DNA of 64,000 nucleotides, taken from Tubulanus polymorphus (lineage: Eukaryota > Animalia > Nemertea). Position numbers and translations under genes: made by a program. Shown piece after piece: positions 25,692-39,457 of the stretch. Location of the stretch: NCBI RefSeq assembly GCF_964204645.1, contig NC_134025.1:19009101-19073100 (forward strand). Reading direction: 5' to 3'. Under the pieces are notes generated by a model that did no database searches, was not told where the DNA came from, and was given only the letters and a program-made list of their open reading frames with translations. The stretch's first letter is position 1. Each line of letters begins with the position of its first letter.

Positions 25692-27086
25692 GAAGTTTTC
25701 AAGGGAAAATGAGCATAAAAAAGAACTGGATTGATCGGACACAAAATGGCCGTCATGTGACCTTTTTGTGCCCACAAATGTCATTTATGCCCTGAATTCC
25801 GAGATCTCTAACTTTGTATGGTTGGCTATATTTTGTTAAAATTTGTGATGGTTATACTTTTAGAAGGGCTCTTAAACATATCAGACATATTCTTTGATCA
25901 GTGAAGTGTGACGCACGTGGTAACCATCTTAGTGTCATTAGTAGATAGAAAAAGGTTTTTTGAGGAAAATATCGACAGCATTTAACTTTGTAGTTTTGAT
26001 ATTTGCTCAGTAGTATCACTGTCGTAATATTCATCTCCTTATGTGGAACTGGTGTTACCCAGGTTTTTGTTCTCGCCACCAGGGGAGTTAGATATTGAAT
26101 GACATACAATTTGTTTATTTATATTGGTACCTATATGCGTATTTTGTAACTACAATTAATTACAAAGTTGTAGCGCATGACATTTTCTTTGATTGTTGCG
26201 AGTATCAATGAATTGGTTTCAATATATTATCAGGGGGCGTTGAATGTTGAAATTGTTGGAAAGTTGAGCAAGTAGGCATGGTGTCCCTGGACCTTAGTTT
26301 ATTTGGAACGCATATCCTCCTTTGAACATCTGCCAAGAAAAAAGAAACCACTTCCCTAGTGGGCATGGTGTCCTTGGACCTTAGTTTATTTGGAACACAT
26401 ATCCTCCTTTGAACATCCGCCAAGAAAAAAGTTTTGTATTCAGCAATCACAATTTAACAAAAACAAATTTTCATCTTAATGTATCTGCAGAAATCCATGA
26501 AATTGATGTTAAAACCTGTCCTTCAAGCATCTAGAATATGAAATCGATTCAAAATTTATCAGTTTTTGGGCCATATATTATAATTTGTGAAGCTGCTGCG
26601 CCAAGCCCGTTGGGGCTTTTGTTTCTATTCAAATGAGAGCACCTAATTCGGATGGCATTCAATTCAGACAAAATCTTCCAGTGCCAGGTGATCTGAATTA
26701 ACCTTTAACCTGCCCGAAGCTATAGTTGTCTGTGTGCCACATGATTTGCATGATAATGAAATTAACTAATTAAATCTTTTTTACTTCCAAACCATTGGAT
26801 ATAGGGAATTGAAACTTCATAAAGCTGTAGTTTACAGTCATAGCTATAGAAATATGCAAAGATTTGGAAAATGGCATTAGTGTCGCATATGGTACTAGCT
26901 AAAAAATCAGCTCATTTCTTTAAAAATCACTACAGTTGGCAGTGAATTTGGGTCTGCAGTGGCTTGATGAACCCTAATCTTTAGCTAACCTTAATCTTCT
27001 AGGTCATGCCATATGACAACATAGCTTGCTATATATTGCCTTGTTGCCTTGTAATCTACATCATGAAAATGTTTTTTTTGTTTTAG

Positions 27087-27152
27087 TTACCATCGACTGA
27101 AGGAGAAAAAGATAAAGAAACTAAAAATGATGGGAAAGATTCCGAAGATAAG
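27087..27152 (+). CDS. PPP1R12A: MYPT exon (LPSTEGEKDKETKNDGKDSEDK)
   Basis: strong ttttttttgttttag acceptor, AAG|gtatgg donor, phase 0/0, charged low-complexity linker. Confidence 0.82.
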
Positions 27153-27313
27153 GTATGGAGCATCTTCCACAGATGAATTTAAATTTAAACAATGTTTTAT
27201 GCAATCATTCACTTGATGTGTATGCACTAGTTTCAGAACAGAATGTAACTTTACTCATCTAAGAGTAAAAGTTCTCTGGATATGTCCATAAAATCAAGAT
27301 TTTTAGACTATTA

Positions 27314-30300
27314 CAGAGCTGCCAACCATCCTGTTTTCGCCGGGGCTTGTCCCGGTGACACGGCACTTGTCACAGTGTTCCTGACAGTATTAAATTGTAC
27401 CGGTTTTTAATATATTGAGAGAAATCCTGGAGAATTTTCGAGTGTCCCGTTTTTTCCTGCTGCGTGTATCTATACATAGTTCTGTTTAACTATTAGGCCT
27501 ATGTATGTTTTCATCTACAAGCGAATGAGGTCAGGCATCTATATCGATCAATTCAACTTCCCTGGATATAGTGTGCAGCGTGTACCGGTGAGCGCGTGCG
27601 TTGAACAATCATGGCGTCGTTGTCATTGTCTGACACGGATAATGATGCTCAAGTTGTAAAGAAGCGGAAATGTCAATATCGGAAGGAATACTCAAGTGAA
27701 TTCCCAGTGTTAGTGCAATCTAACAAAGGGGATGAATACATAAGGTGCACTGTCTGTGACTCCGATATTACTATTTCACACGGAGGACGGAGGACGCGAT
27801 GATTGCCGCCGGCATGTTTAAACTAGACGGCATGTTGAAACATCAATCGTTTAGAAAAATCTTTCGAAATTAACGGATATGGGTTTCTATGGATCTAATC
27901 AGAGCTGAATCTTTGTTTTGTGGAACACAACATTCCTTTGGCTGCTCCTGATCATTTTGGTAAGTAGGCCTATAGGCCTATTATAGTTCTTGTCTATTTT
28001 GAGTGAACGAAATGATTTTGAAATCAATCTGAATCTGATTTCGTGAAATGAAATCTTATTTTGTTTTAAAATTATCAATCAATGCGGGGTGTGACCGGAC
28101 GACACAGCGGTTTGAAGAGTGCCTAATATGCCATCTAACTGGCTTTCCATGAACCTTATATAGCTTGCAACACTTGACATTTTGTTTCGTGTTGATTCAC
28201 CAGATATGCTCGTGTAGAAATGGATCTAGCCCAGCACGCCCATTAATGTAAAAAAGCTAATGTAAACAAATTTTCATCAGCGTCATCCGGCTCATATAAT
28301 GTAATCTACTATAAACAGCCGATATTACGGAGATATCCTATTGACCACAGATTTTCAAAACCAACCAGAAACATTCTATTTTAGCCCAGGGAAGCATATT
28401 AAACCATATACCGTAAAAACTGGCGTATAAGTCGAGTTTTTAATCCTTGATTTTACCATTAAATTATTGACCTCGACTTATATGCCGAGTACAGTTTTCA
28501 GTACTTTCAGGTCGCAAGAAATATTGATTCTACCCGACAATGAAAACAGTGTTCATCTTCTCACTGCTATAACAGTTTGAATAATTACTCATGATAAATA
28601 AAGTTATTTAATGAAAAAACTTCTTTCATTTTGACACTGCTTCATTTAAAACGATGTATTCAAATATGTGCGCTCATAGCAGCGCTTAATACATTAGCCC
28701 ATATATAGCGTGTGACTCACACTACTATATCACTGTATGGTAGTGTATTATACCTGAATGTGTGTGTAACAGTCTATTGATTAACACACAGCGGCAATCA
28801 GGCTGACATCCATTGAAGGCTCACATCGTTATCAAAACAAACTATTCAATATAATGATACAAGTAATTATTCTTCTAAGAGAAGGACTTATAAGCCGGAT
28901 ATATCTTAAAATCATGAAATGTAGGTCTAAAAATCGACATCGACTTATACGCTGCATAGACTTATATGCCGGTTTTTACGGTAGAAGACTAAGAAACGGA
29001 TAGCTACTGAAATAATATTTTTTCAAAATAAACTCTGAAAAATCTGAGGGTTTAAGATTTTAAAACTCCGCATTGAACGAGAATTTCAATACAGCAGATA
29101 ATATGTTGTGACAGCAAATTATTACTTTTCTGAATAAGATATATTTCAAATTCAAATCTGTTTTATATAATTAAATAAAGAGGTTAAATTTCATATTTTT
29201 TTAGGTTCTCTTCTAAGGGCAATGTTCCCTTCAAATTCAAAAGTCAGAGATATGAATAGCAACTTTTCATGTGGAAGAACAAAGGCTGAATACATTACAA
29301 AGGAGTTGGCCAAAGATTCACAAGCAACTTTAATTGACTGCATGCAAAGTGGTACCTTTTCCATAGGCACTGATGGCTCAAATGACAAAGGACAGAAAGA
29401 AAAAGTTTACCCAGTTGTCGTGAATAGAATTGCTGATGGAGTAATTAAAAATGAAACATTGGCACTTGTGGACTGTGTAGGTCATTCAACTGGTGAGAAT
29501 ATTGTTAGAATTATTAATTAAACTCTAAATTCTAATGACATTTCACTTAAAAATTGTTTGGCCTTTTCTGCTGATAACACTAACACAATGGTAGGTACCA
29601 ACAAAGGTGTGTATGGTCGGTTACTTAGACAAATTCTAAATTTGTATTTAGCCGGCTGTATTTGTCATAGGTTACATCTGGCTGCCAATTGGGGTTGTAA
29701 AGAATTACCGATAGATGCAGATGCTTTCTTTGTGGCTATAAATAATTACCTTGAAAAAATGTCTGACGGTTTACGAGAATTTGAGGAATGTCAGAAAAGT
29801 AGAGGTACACCTGTAACCAAAGTGCCCAAACATGTACCAACCAGATGGTTGTCTTTAGAGCAAACCGCAACTTGGGTACTAGAACAATGGTATCCTTACT
29901 AGATTTTTCTTTAAAAAGCAGACTGATACTGATTCCCAAGAAGCAGCTAAGATTGCTGCAACAAAAGGCCACAAGAATAAAGCTATGGTAAACTTACAAT
30001 CATACACTACAAGGTTATACCTTCATTTCCTTACATTTGTGTTGGAAAAGTTTAATAATGTGAATCAAACCTTCCAATATGAGAAACCAATGATTCACGT
30101 TCAGTGGGGAATTTTAATGAAATTTGTTGAAGAATTACTTGTTTGTTTTGTTAAACCTGCAGCTACGCTATACAAACTCGTCTCTGAGGTAGACTTCAAT
30201 GCAGCTTACAATATTAAAGCTCACAAGGATATTATGGTAGGGTCAAATTCGAGAAAGTTCATTGAGGCCAAGAAGATAAGTGCTGACAAGCAAAAATCAT

Positions 30301-31275
30301 TTGAGAATGTCATAAAATTTCATCAGACTGCATGTAACTATTTGATAAAAAAGATACCAGCTATGTCTGATAAATTACTTATTCATGCTAAGGTAGCTGA
30401 TGTGTCAAAAAGGGACTGTGCTAGTTTCAATTCTTTGTCCTCGTTTATCCAGAAGTATCCTGTATTGTTACCCGGTAGCTGTGGTATTGATGAAATTGAA
30501 TCAGAATTTAATCTGTATCTGGTGGAAGCAACTTGCCAAAATTACCTCCCATAGATGATGTAAATCATCGTAATGATTATTTATGGTCTCAGATTGGTAA
30601 GACAGTTGATGAAGCCACAGGGGCTCTAAAATATGCAATGTTGGCTCAGGTTATGTTAGGTATTATGTGTATTCCAAATAGTAAGAGTAAAGCCTGAGAG
30701 AGGCTGTTTAGCTTAGTTCGGAAAAACCTAACCAATTTTAGAAGTTGCATGTCAGTCAGTACTTTAGAAAGTCTAATGATCCTAAAGCAAAATGAAGGTG
30801 TCTGTTATAAAAGAAAATGTTCATCTGCATTAATTAAAAAAGTAAATTTGCCACATTCCGTGGGCTTGGTGGTGATGATGATGATGATGCTTGATGCAAA
30901 GTTATTAACTACAATGTAATAATTCGCCTGTACGCAAAAAACAAATATTTTGTAATTTGTTGAAATTAACTAGGTTACTTCTATTCTTAGTTATGAAAAA
31001 ATGGAAGTCTGCAACCAATTCTTGTTATAATTTTCAATAAAAGTTGTGTTCAGAAACTCAGAAATGCATTTGTTTGTCAAATTGTTAGTTAAAATTGTTA
31101 GTCCCTGAGTGTCATCAAATTGTCCCTGATTTTTTTCTTTCGTAAAATTTTGTCCCTGAGAGTATATGATAAGTCCTTGGCACTATGCTCATACATGAAT
31201 GTCCCCGAGAAATGTGTCTGGTCCCTGAAAAAAATTTTTTATGTCTGAAAGGAATTTTCAAGGTTGGCAGCTCTG
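27314..31275 (+). mobile_element. full-length decayed hAT DNA transposon with 6-bp TSD
   Basis: 14-bp perfect TIR CAGAGCTGCCAACC; CTATTA duplicated at 27308-27313 and 31276-31281; encodes transposase remnants. Confidence 0.93.
27611..30870 (+). pseudogene. hAT transposase pseudogene, two exons (putative intron 27960-29204)
   Basis: BED-like CTVC…H zinc finger, TDGSND, SADNT, CICHRLHL (CxxH), TRW, ERLFS near 30700; several stops and frameshifts. Confidence 0.88.
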
Positions 31276-31711
31276 CTATTAGGATTGTTCTCAGAACAGC
31301 GCAAATTTGTTGAGAAAAATTAGGGGAGAGCAGGGGTAAGGGCGTAGGTCATGTTCATCAGCGATCGGTACTTGTGAGAACCATAATTGCGCAGCTTAGA
31401 TGATCATCCCGTTTTATCAATTGAGTCCACATGACTTATTGTTTAGTATTTACTTGTTGTGCAAACTTGAAACTGGTTGCCACTGGTAGTCCAGATATTG
31501 AAGAAATTCTTTTTGAGTGCTGTCATCAAAATAAACCTGTCACTTAACACGTGTTTTGTTGTTTGCGCATTCATTCCTTCCTGCACATCAACCATCAGCA
31601 ATGGATGCAACATTTTTAGTAGTTCCGATTTCAAAGTGAAGGTTTCATACACTATGTTGCTTTTAATGTAAAAATTGGAATTTATATATCTGTATGCTTT
31701 TGTTATTACAG

Positions 31712-31849
31712 TCTTCGGAAAAAGGTTCTCGGTATAACACATTGTCTGCCAGTTTAGATCATAGTCACGACCGACCATCTAGTCCATATTCACGCTCTTC
31801 CACTACTGCATCGGTGCTACCATCTGATAAAGATTCAGATTATAAAAAA
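31712..31849 (+). CDS. PPP1R12A: MYPT exon (SSEKGSRYNTLS…DKDSDYKK)
   Basis: ttattacag acceptor, AAA|gtaagt donor; ends DYKK, joining LYE of the next exon as in MYPT1 DFKK|LYE. Confidence 0.9.
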
Positions 31850-32279
31850 GTAAGTTTCACTCGTTATCAGTATATGTTTGTGAATCGTGATACATACATC
31901 ATAATGCTATCCAGGGGCTAGTTGCTCAAAAATTTTTTAGCATTGGTTGGACATCATGCCAATGCTAGTAAAATGGATCGAAAGTCGTAGTTGAAAAAAA
32001 AAGCCGACGCTTCTCATTTTCATAGTAAATTCAAATTGAAACTCCGTTAATCATTAGACACAGCTGAAATAGATTACTTAGGATTAATTAAGTAACAGTA
32101 GGCCTACTCATGACTGAAACCCGGCGACGTAAGTTATAGGATCGTGCAGGAATGCCTTAGTGAAAACCATTTCATGAGGAATCGAAATATAAAATCCCGC
32201 GGAAATGTTAAACGGTACCGACTAGCCATCATACGATATCACCAAATAAGGTAAATTATTTTTGCCTTCTTCATGACGT

Positions 32280-33040
32280 AGTCATCTTTAGAAAGGGATG
32301 TTTTTTACCTGAGACAGGTATTTTTGATCTGCCAATTATGAGGCAATTGGCAATTGTAGGTGGAAATAGTTTTTCCACATTATATTGATACCTAACCATA
32401 TTGTGTTAGCACAATTGATTGGAAAGTTGTAGCCTATAATGTGTTCTATGATTTTGGTGTGTTTCAAGGTCATCGGTTTTTGTATATGGCCACCAGGGGC
32501 CATTGAATGATACAATAACTTAGTATTTCTATATTATATTTGTACCTATGCATATTTTGTTACCACAATCGATTGCAAAGTTGTTGCTCATGACATCGTC
32601 TATGATTGTGGTGAGTTTTAAGGACATAAGTTATTATATATGGTCACCAGGGGGTGTTGAATAGTAGAATAACTAAGTATTTTCTTATGATATTGGTACC
32701 TAGGCATATTTTGTTACCATGATCAATTGCAAAAATTTAGTTCATGACACGTTCTATGATTGTGGTGATTTTCAAGTTCATTGGGTTTCGCATATGGTCC
32801 AGGGGGCGTTGAATAGTAGAATAAGTATTTCCATATTAAATTGGTAACAAGGCATATTTTGTTATCACAATCAATTACAAAATCGTAACTGCTGACGTGT
32901 TCTATGATTGTGGTGGGTCTCAAGGTCATTGGTTTTTGTATATGGTCACCAGGGGGTGTTGAATATTGAAATTGTTAGATTGTTGAGTATTTGAAACCAC
33001 TTCCTAAGTGGGCATGGTGTCCCTGGACCCCCCTAGTTTA
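32280..33040 (+). mobile_element. HINE-A 3' half with four ~154-bp units
   Basis: anchors 32389, 32543, 32697, 32845; 3' subTIR and hairpin at ~33000-33040. Confidence 0.85.
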
Positions 33041-33576
33041 AAATATTTCCCTAAATTATTAGAAAATGTCAATTGTAAGACCGTGGGAAAGTTTTTATCA
33101 TTGAATGGCCAAATCACGGTGGCAGAGTGCACCTGTGATAAGGCGGAAATAGTTTAATATGAGGGCAAAGCTTTAAGATGATTAGACAGTCGGAGGTGGT
33201 TTACCGTAAAAACTGGCGTATAAGTCGAGTTTTTAATCTTTGATTTTACCACTAATTTATTGACCTCGACTTATACGCCGAGTGCAGTTTTCTACTAAGT
33301 ATTTTCAGGTCACAAGAATTATTGATTCTACCAGACAAAAAAGACAGTGTTCATCTTCTCACTGCTATAACAGTTTGAATAATTATTCATGATAAATAAA
33401 GTTATTTAATGAAAAAAACTTCTTTCATTCTGACACAGCTTCATTTAAAACGATGTATTCATATATGCGCGCTCACAGCAGCGCTTAATACATTAGGCTA
33501 TATATAGCGTGTGACTCACCCTACTGTATCACTGTATGGTAGTGTATTATACCTGACTGTGTGTGTAACAGTCTAT

Positions 33577-34555
33577 CACACCTGCCAACCGTTACGTTTT
33601 TGCCGTATTCCGTTCCGGTGCTACCCGCGGTAATACGGCGTTACTGGCACAGGCAATGGAATACACTTTTTTCTGATATCGTTCCGATGTTACGCGAATG
33701 AGCAAATAAATACGGCCTCAATAAAAATCTCCTTATATTATGTCAATAAAGGTAATTTTGCAGTACATAATCGGTATTTTAATGGTTTATTAACATTTAT
33801 TACGGGGAAATTTGGTTTTTATTTGAGTAATTGTCACGAAGTTTCCATACAGCCAGGAACCAGTCTAGCGAATTTTCGGTTACAACGAGTAATACCGGGA
33901 TCCAGTCTAGCGAATTTTCAGTTACAACGAGTAATTTTCATCGCTCAAATTGTCATGAATGTTGCAAATGGCGGACGAAGTTCATGACGTTTTGTCAAAT
34001 CTGGAAAATTCGGAGGGTTCTCCGTCTTCTTCGGAGTCGGAATCTGAAACTGATACTGCGGTAACAGGCAGTAGAAAGCGTATGATTAAGAAATATCGGA
34101 AACAGAAGTATAAAAAATCGTACAGCGCACAATATCCATGTTTCATAGCATCGAAATTAAGTAAATATCATGCAAGATGTACGATATGTTAAATCGTTAT
34201 TTTTTTTTTCTAGTTGAGTTAACTGGTAATTATAATCTTTAATTGATGGTAGATTAAGTTTACCTGTGATAGTGCGAGTAGGTGATGGGGTGTGTCTGAT
34301 GTCTCAAAATTGTTTATATTTTATGGAAACTGCAGTTTCAAGTTTAATTTCATAATAAATGCATTTTAAATTAATTTCTTTAGTAGTTTTAATATTCTAT
34401 ATTCTGATTTTAATCCGAAAATTCGTTACTGGCCATATTGAAAATGTTACTGGCAAAGGTCACATCAAGTCTAGTGGGTCACTGGCAAAATCTAAAAAAT
34501 ACTGGCAAATTTGGAAAATGTTACTATCTTGAAAAATTCAATGTTGGCAGGTCTG
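33577..34555 (+). mobile_element. internally deleted hAT element with transposase N-terminus, nested in a TA-MITE
   Basis: TIR CA(C/G)ACCTGCCAAC; TSD GTCTAT confirmed by empty sites in sister MITE copies; ORF 33959-34192 ends QKYKKSYSAQYPCFIASKLSKYHARCTIC. Confidence 0.9.
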
Positions 34556-36763
34556 GTCTATTGATTAACACACAGCAGCAATCAGGCTGACGCGCAGCGG
34601 CGTGCCGTTATCAAAACAAACTATTCAATATAATGATACAAGTAATTATTCTTCTAAGAGAAGGGACTCGACTTATAAGCTGGATATATGTTAACATCAT
34701 GAAATGTAGGTCTAAAAATCGACCTCGACTTATACGCCGGGTAGACGTATACGCCGGTTTTTACGGTATCAACTTTTTTGAACAAAAGTGCTGCTATTTT
34801 CCCAATCAAATTGCTAGATTTTGATTGTTTCTCATAAGCCAACACTTGTATTCAAGTGTGATTTTGATGTGCGCACAGATACATTGTGACCAGCGCAATG
34901 AATGGTGGCGCCATGTTTAAGCTGCGTGTCGATCGTTGAATAGTGGAATTATAGGGGGGATTTATCTTGATTGTTTCCATACGAAGTTTATGAAAGGTTA
35001 GTGTCAACAAATGGGCCATTATATAGTCCCTCTAATTTAAGTAGAGAGAGATGCTCTTAACCGGGAAAACCGTGGTCTGTTTTGTGTTTTCGTTGGCCTA
35101 TGTGACTGACTTTGCTTGATCGTTCGCTGCTGTGGGCCGCTTCAAAGTTATCTATAAAGTATTATATAGCTGATTTGACATACAACAAATAAACCTCTAA
35201 AGAAAGGTACCTAGTGTCTGACATTCTACTGAAAAATTCCGGATTGTTTCACCGTATAGTTTTTTCATAGTGAGCATTTTAGTATATGAATCAATTAAGA
35301 TGATTGAAAGGCGTGGGTTTGTATCAGCCGTTGAAGACGTGCGATGTAAACAATAATGTAAACCACATGCGCGATGAAAACAGGGACATCAAACTAAGAA
35401 GCACTGAATTTTTGAATTACATGTGATTTGAAAAGGCATCTGTGCTGGTTTTTCAAAAAGTTGAATCTTAAATTGACTTCTATTGCATAGGCCTAAGCCA
35501 GGCCATCCGGAATTGAATTGAATTCGACACTGTAATTTCGCCTGTAATTTGCGATGAATCTTTTTGAAAATTAGCTTGAAGATTGGGTCTGATGAGATGT
35601 CCACCCCTTTTGTAAAAAAAGGTCATTGGTGATCAAATATGGCTGCCATTGGGGTGGCCATCTTGAATTTCTTGTTTGCACGATGAAGCCCGCAATTCTT
35701 GGGGGATTTCCTCAAAATATAGTGTGAGGATCAGGGTAGGTAACTAACTGTCTGTGCCTATTGTATAAGGAGGTCATCGGCTTTCAAATATGGCTGCCAG
35801 GTCAGCCATGTTGACATTCTAGCACGAAACAGCCTGCAATTATTCATGCATTTTCATGATACTAGGTGTAAGAATTTGGGTAGGTGAAGTGTCTACCCCT
35901 TATTTTTTCATGTAGTGTGATCTTAGGGGCAGCTAAAATGGGCTTGTCTATTAATGTAAGGATATATTAACAGAAAAATATAGCTGCCAAGCAGCGATGA
36001 CGGGTTTTCTGCGTAGCCATTCAGAATGATGGGAATTGTAGCAAATTGAAATATCAATACATAGAATAAAATTCATTGACAGATGCGAACCTAATATGCA
36101 ACCACTGTGTAAACGTCAAATATGATTCAGCTTTGAAACTGAACATACACGGATGTAAAATCAACAAATATTAATTTATTTGACCAGGCACTTATTTTGG
36201 CATTCAAACATCATGATACTGTATTATCACCATGCTTAAAAATGGATCTGTCCTATTAAGAACTCATCTTAAGCACCTGCTGAGTCGATAGATTGAGTGA
36301 ATTTACAGATAAGAACGTATTATGATTTAGAATAGATTTAACAAGTTAATGTTTTTATTGAAATGTTTGAATAAATACATATATTGTAGTGTAGATTCAA
36401 TCAATAAATTATGAATTGATTTGGTCTGGGTTAACGGCTGATGTTGATTTTGGCTTTTATGGATTACAAATTCTATAGTGACAAACAATTGATACCTGCA
36501 ACATGTGTGTAAATCAAACTTATTCCACTAGTTGCGTGTGTTTCCTAATAAACGGGAGAGTCACTCTTGATCTGAGTTATTAGAAAAATAATGTTCATTT
36601 AGTTATAGAAATTCATTGCCTTTTTGGAAATTCTGTAATAATATTTGTTGTGTCCTAATTTTTATTACTGCGTGAACCAATGATATGCTTTGTAAATATG
36701 ATGCAATAAAATAAATTTGAATTTGAATTAAATTTGAACATGAGAATCAAGCATAACTTGTGT

Positions 36764-38471
36764 TTTTAGCATTGGTTGACGTCTATGACGCCATGCCAAT
36801 GCTAGTAAAATGGATCGAAAATGTAGTACGAAAAAATAGCGCCGACTCTTCTCATTTTCATAGTAACTTCAAATTGTCACTCCATTCACGTAAAACATTA
36901 GAAACAGCTGAAAATGATTTTAAAAAATGTTTCAATTATTCCCCACAACATAGCGTCGCCAGATTTCTGATTTAATGGTCCAAAAAATTATTCGATCGCA
37001 TTTTTCTCGTTCATTATCTGGTAGATGAGAGCGGGTTAAACAATCGCGTAGCGATATGTCCGCATTGACGTTGGCAGTAAAGAATGGGGAACAGCCTCTT
37101 CTGAATAGAAAAACATAAAATTATGTACCTCCGGTTTATAAATATCACAGTGTTTGGATATCACTGTTATTCCAACTATCAGTATCGATGGGATTATTTG
37201 GGATTCATTCTCAGCGTCAGAATACGTATTTCTAGAGCAGTGGAATGGCAGCCTACCCGTGACTGAAACCCGTATGTGATCGTGCGGGAACGCCTTTACT
37301 AAAGTTAAAACCATTTCATGATGACACGAAACAGTAACGGTAAACGGTAGGCTACCACCATGATACGATATCACCAATAAAGATAGATCATTTTATTCAA
37401 TTTTACCAGAGTTGTTTATTGGAGGAAAATATCATTGTTAAGTATGCCGAGAACAACCATGTTGTATCATCAATCGGTTGACTGACATTGTAAAATTCGA
37501 TTCGCCTATATTCTAATATAAGTTTTCACTTTAGGATGCCCTACCCGCCTGCTGCTCACTCATAAGGCGGTAGCACCCTCTTACGCACTCGACAGAGATT
37601 CGCTTTGTAATGCGCGCTGGGAAAAAATACCTTTTATTATCTTTTCCATGCGTTAAACAACAGTGATTGAATTTACGCGTTGTTTGTCGTAAATTTGCAA
37701 TATTGCGATGGTTATTTGCCGCTGCTGTAGTTTTTTGGAATTGAATCGAGCGGCCTCGGTAGCTCAGTGAGATAAGGCGTGATGCTGTTGAATCCACTAT
37801 CAATGCTGAGTGACAAGTGGGTTCGAGTCCTGCTGGCTGCGAACAGTGTGCGGGCAACACTTCATAGGCCATACCGTCGTGAGGTTAAATGAACAATCCA
37901 ATAGGAATACTCTTGGGAAACCAAGATCCAAACGACGTACGTAAAGCCAAACAAACAAAAAGACAAACAAACAATCATCAGCCGGCCTCAGTGACACCAA
38001 CGCCGGCATCGTTCTCTGCGACGTTTTGCATGCGTACATGCATCAGAGATTGGAGCTCTAAGATCAGAGGGTCTTGCAATTGCATTCAGAAAAATGGTTC
38101 TGTTTTTGTTTTCATTATTCAGTGGGGCCTAACAGTTCATGCGTAAAAATGGGTTTTTGTATGCAAATCTTGATTGATATAAATATCTTGGCTGGGACAT
38201 GATGGAAAACATCAGAATAAACTAGTTCCGTCTTTTTAACAGAATCGCATTAATGAGGTTTAACTGTACAAATAGCCTAGGCTAAATCGTTCGGCAGAAA
38301 ATAAATTCATTTTCAGGAATAAAATTGTACTAGACAAATAGACCTTTAAGTCTGTGGTCCTCCCAATCAACGTCGTCATAGAAGATTTGGCGGCAGATGT
38401 AAAACATTATAACCACTTAATACCACAGTATATAATCTACCAATGCTTCAAGGCCCATGGGCCTCTTGTTT
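36764..38471 (+). mobile_element. HINE family C carrying a tRNA-derived SINE
   Basis: 5' AGCATTGGT…CCAATGCT inverted repeat, 3' ACCAATGCT subTIR plus AGGCCCATGGGCCT hairpin, T-run flanks. Confidence 0.85.
37750..37975 (+). mobile_element. tRNA-derived SINE within HINE-C (copy at 24766-24990)
   Basis: A box TAGCTCAGTGAG, B box GGTTCGAGTCC, acceptor-like GC(A/G)GCC/GGCTGC pairing, (AAAC)n tail; no canonical anticodon arm. Confidence 0.75.
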
Positions 38472-38812
38472 CAACTTGTCTTACTTGCCTTTTGTTAACA
38501 GTTCCAGAGTTTCAATTACAATCAAATCCAAATTGGCTAAAAAGTACATGGGACTAAATGAAATGAACCGTTAGTTACTGCAAACCTATTCCAGTGTTAT
38601 GTCGATCGTGTTGAATCACTTTCCTTGAGTTGAAACAATCAGATCTTCTATGGTGCAACATCGGTCGAAGAGAGATATCTTCATTGTTGTTGACTGTCCT
38701 TGACTAATCTAACTTCATGCGTTTGACATCAGCATCATACCCATTTGAACTGCAAAATATTCATACAACATGAAAACCTACAGTACATGTATACAGTAAT
38801 CAAACTTTCACT

Positions 38813-38918
38813 GATACGAGTAAAATCCCACAATAAAAGAATTAGATGATAAAATGTTTATTAAAACATATAAGAAATATTTCGGGTGGTTACTACCACC
38901 CTTCTTCAGTCTAAAATG
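38813..38918 (-). mobile_element. solo Penelope pLTR fragment with hammerhead motif (38871-38914)
   Basis: near-identical reverse complement of 3581-3684. Confidence 0.9.
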
Positions 38919-39457
38919 AATGTTGGATATTTGAATGAACGTTAGGCTTATTTCAGTATTCTTAAGCAGGAAATAATAAGCCCAATCAATAGGCCCTATT
39001 CCCATTGGAACAATTGTATAATGCATACAGCTGTACCGTACACCGTCAGCCAAGAATGGAGAAATCGGTATACCAAACCTACGAACAGCAAAATGTACAG
39101 GCCTACAATGATTTCTGGTATATAAGCCGTGACCACATGAACGTTTTGGTTTGACTATTAATGTCAGCAGGTCAGAGAAGGCCTCGCCAAATTTAATCAC
39201 ATGGCTCAAATCAATTAGCCTTTCTGCGTGTGAATACTTCACTGTATTGTTTTAAAAATAGGCCTATCGAGTGAATTAGTACATTAGTACATTAGTACAT
39301 AGACTGAATTAGACTTTAGGCTAGTCCTGACCAAATCCTATCCATGTTATAATGGCACCAGTTATAGTAACATCACTGGAGGGCCGACGAGAGGGAAAAA
39401 GTTGTGTTTGTAGTACATAGGCATGGTAGGCTTGTTGTACTCACTTAATACTTAAAA

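Larger units (their letters stand above)
23998..26300 (+). mobile_element. HINE-A copy interrupted by HINE-C
   Basis: 5' end ttagcccacatggga; host sequence breaks at cacattttt (24251) and resumes at 25692. Confidence 0.8.

Noticed and set aside
37750-37841. Functional tRNA gene
   Set aside because: No proper anticodon arm; continues into a SINE body and is duplicated within a repeat
38808-39242. 144-aa minus-strand ORF
   Set aside because: Starts at GTG, runs into the non-coding Penelope pLTR, and has no recognisable domain
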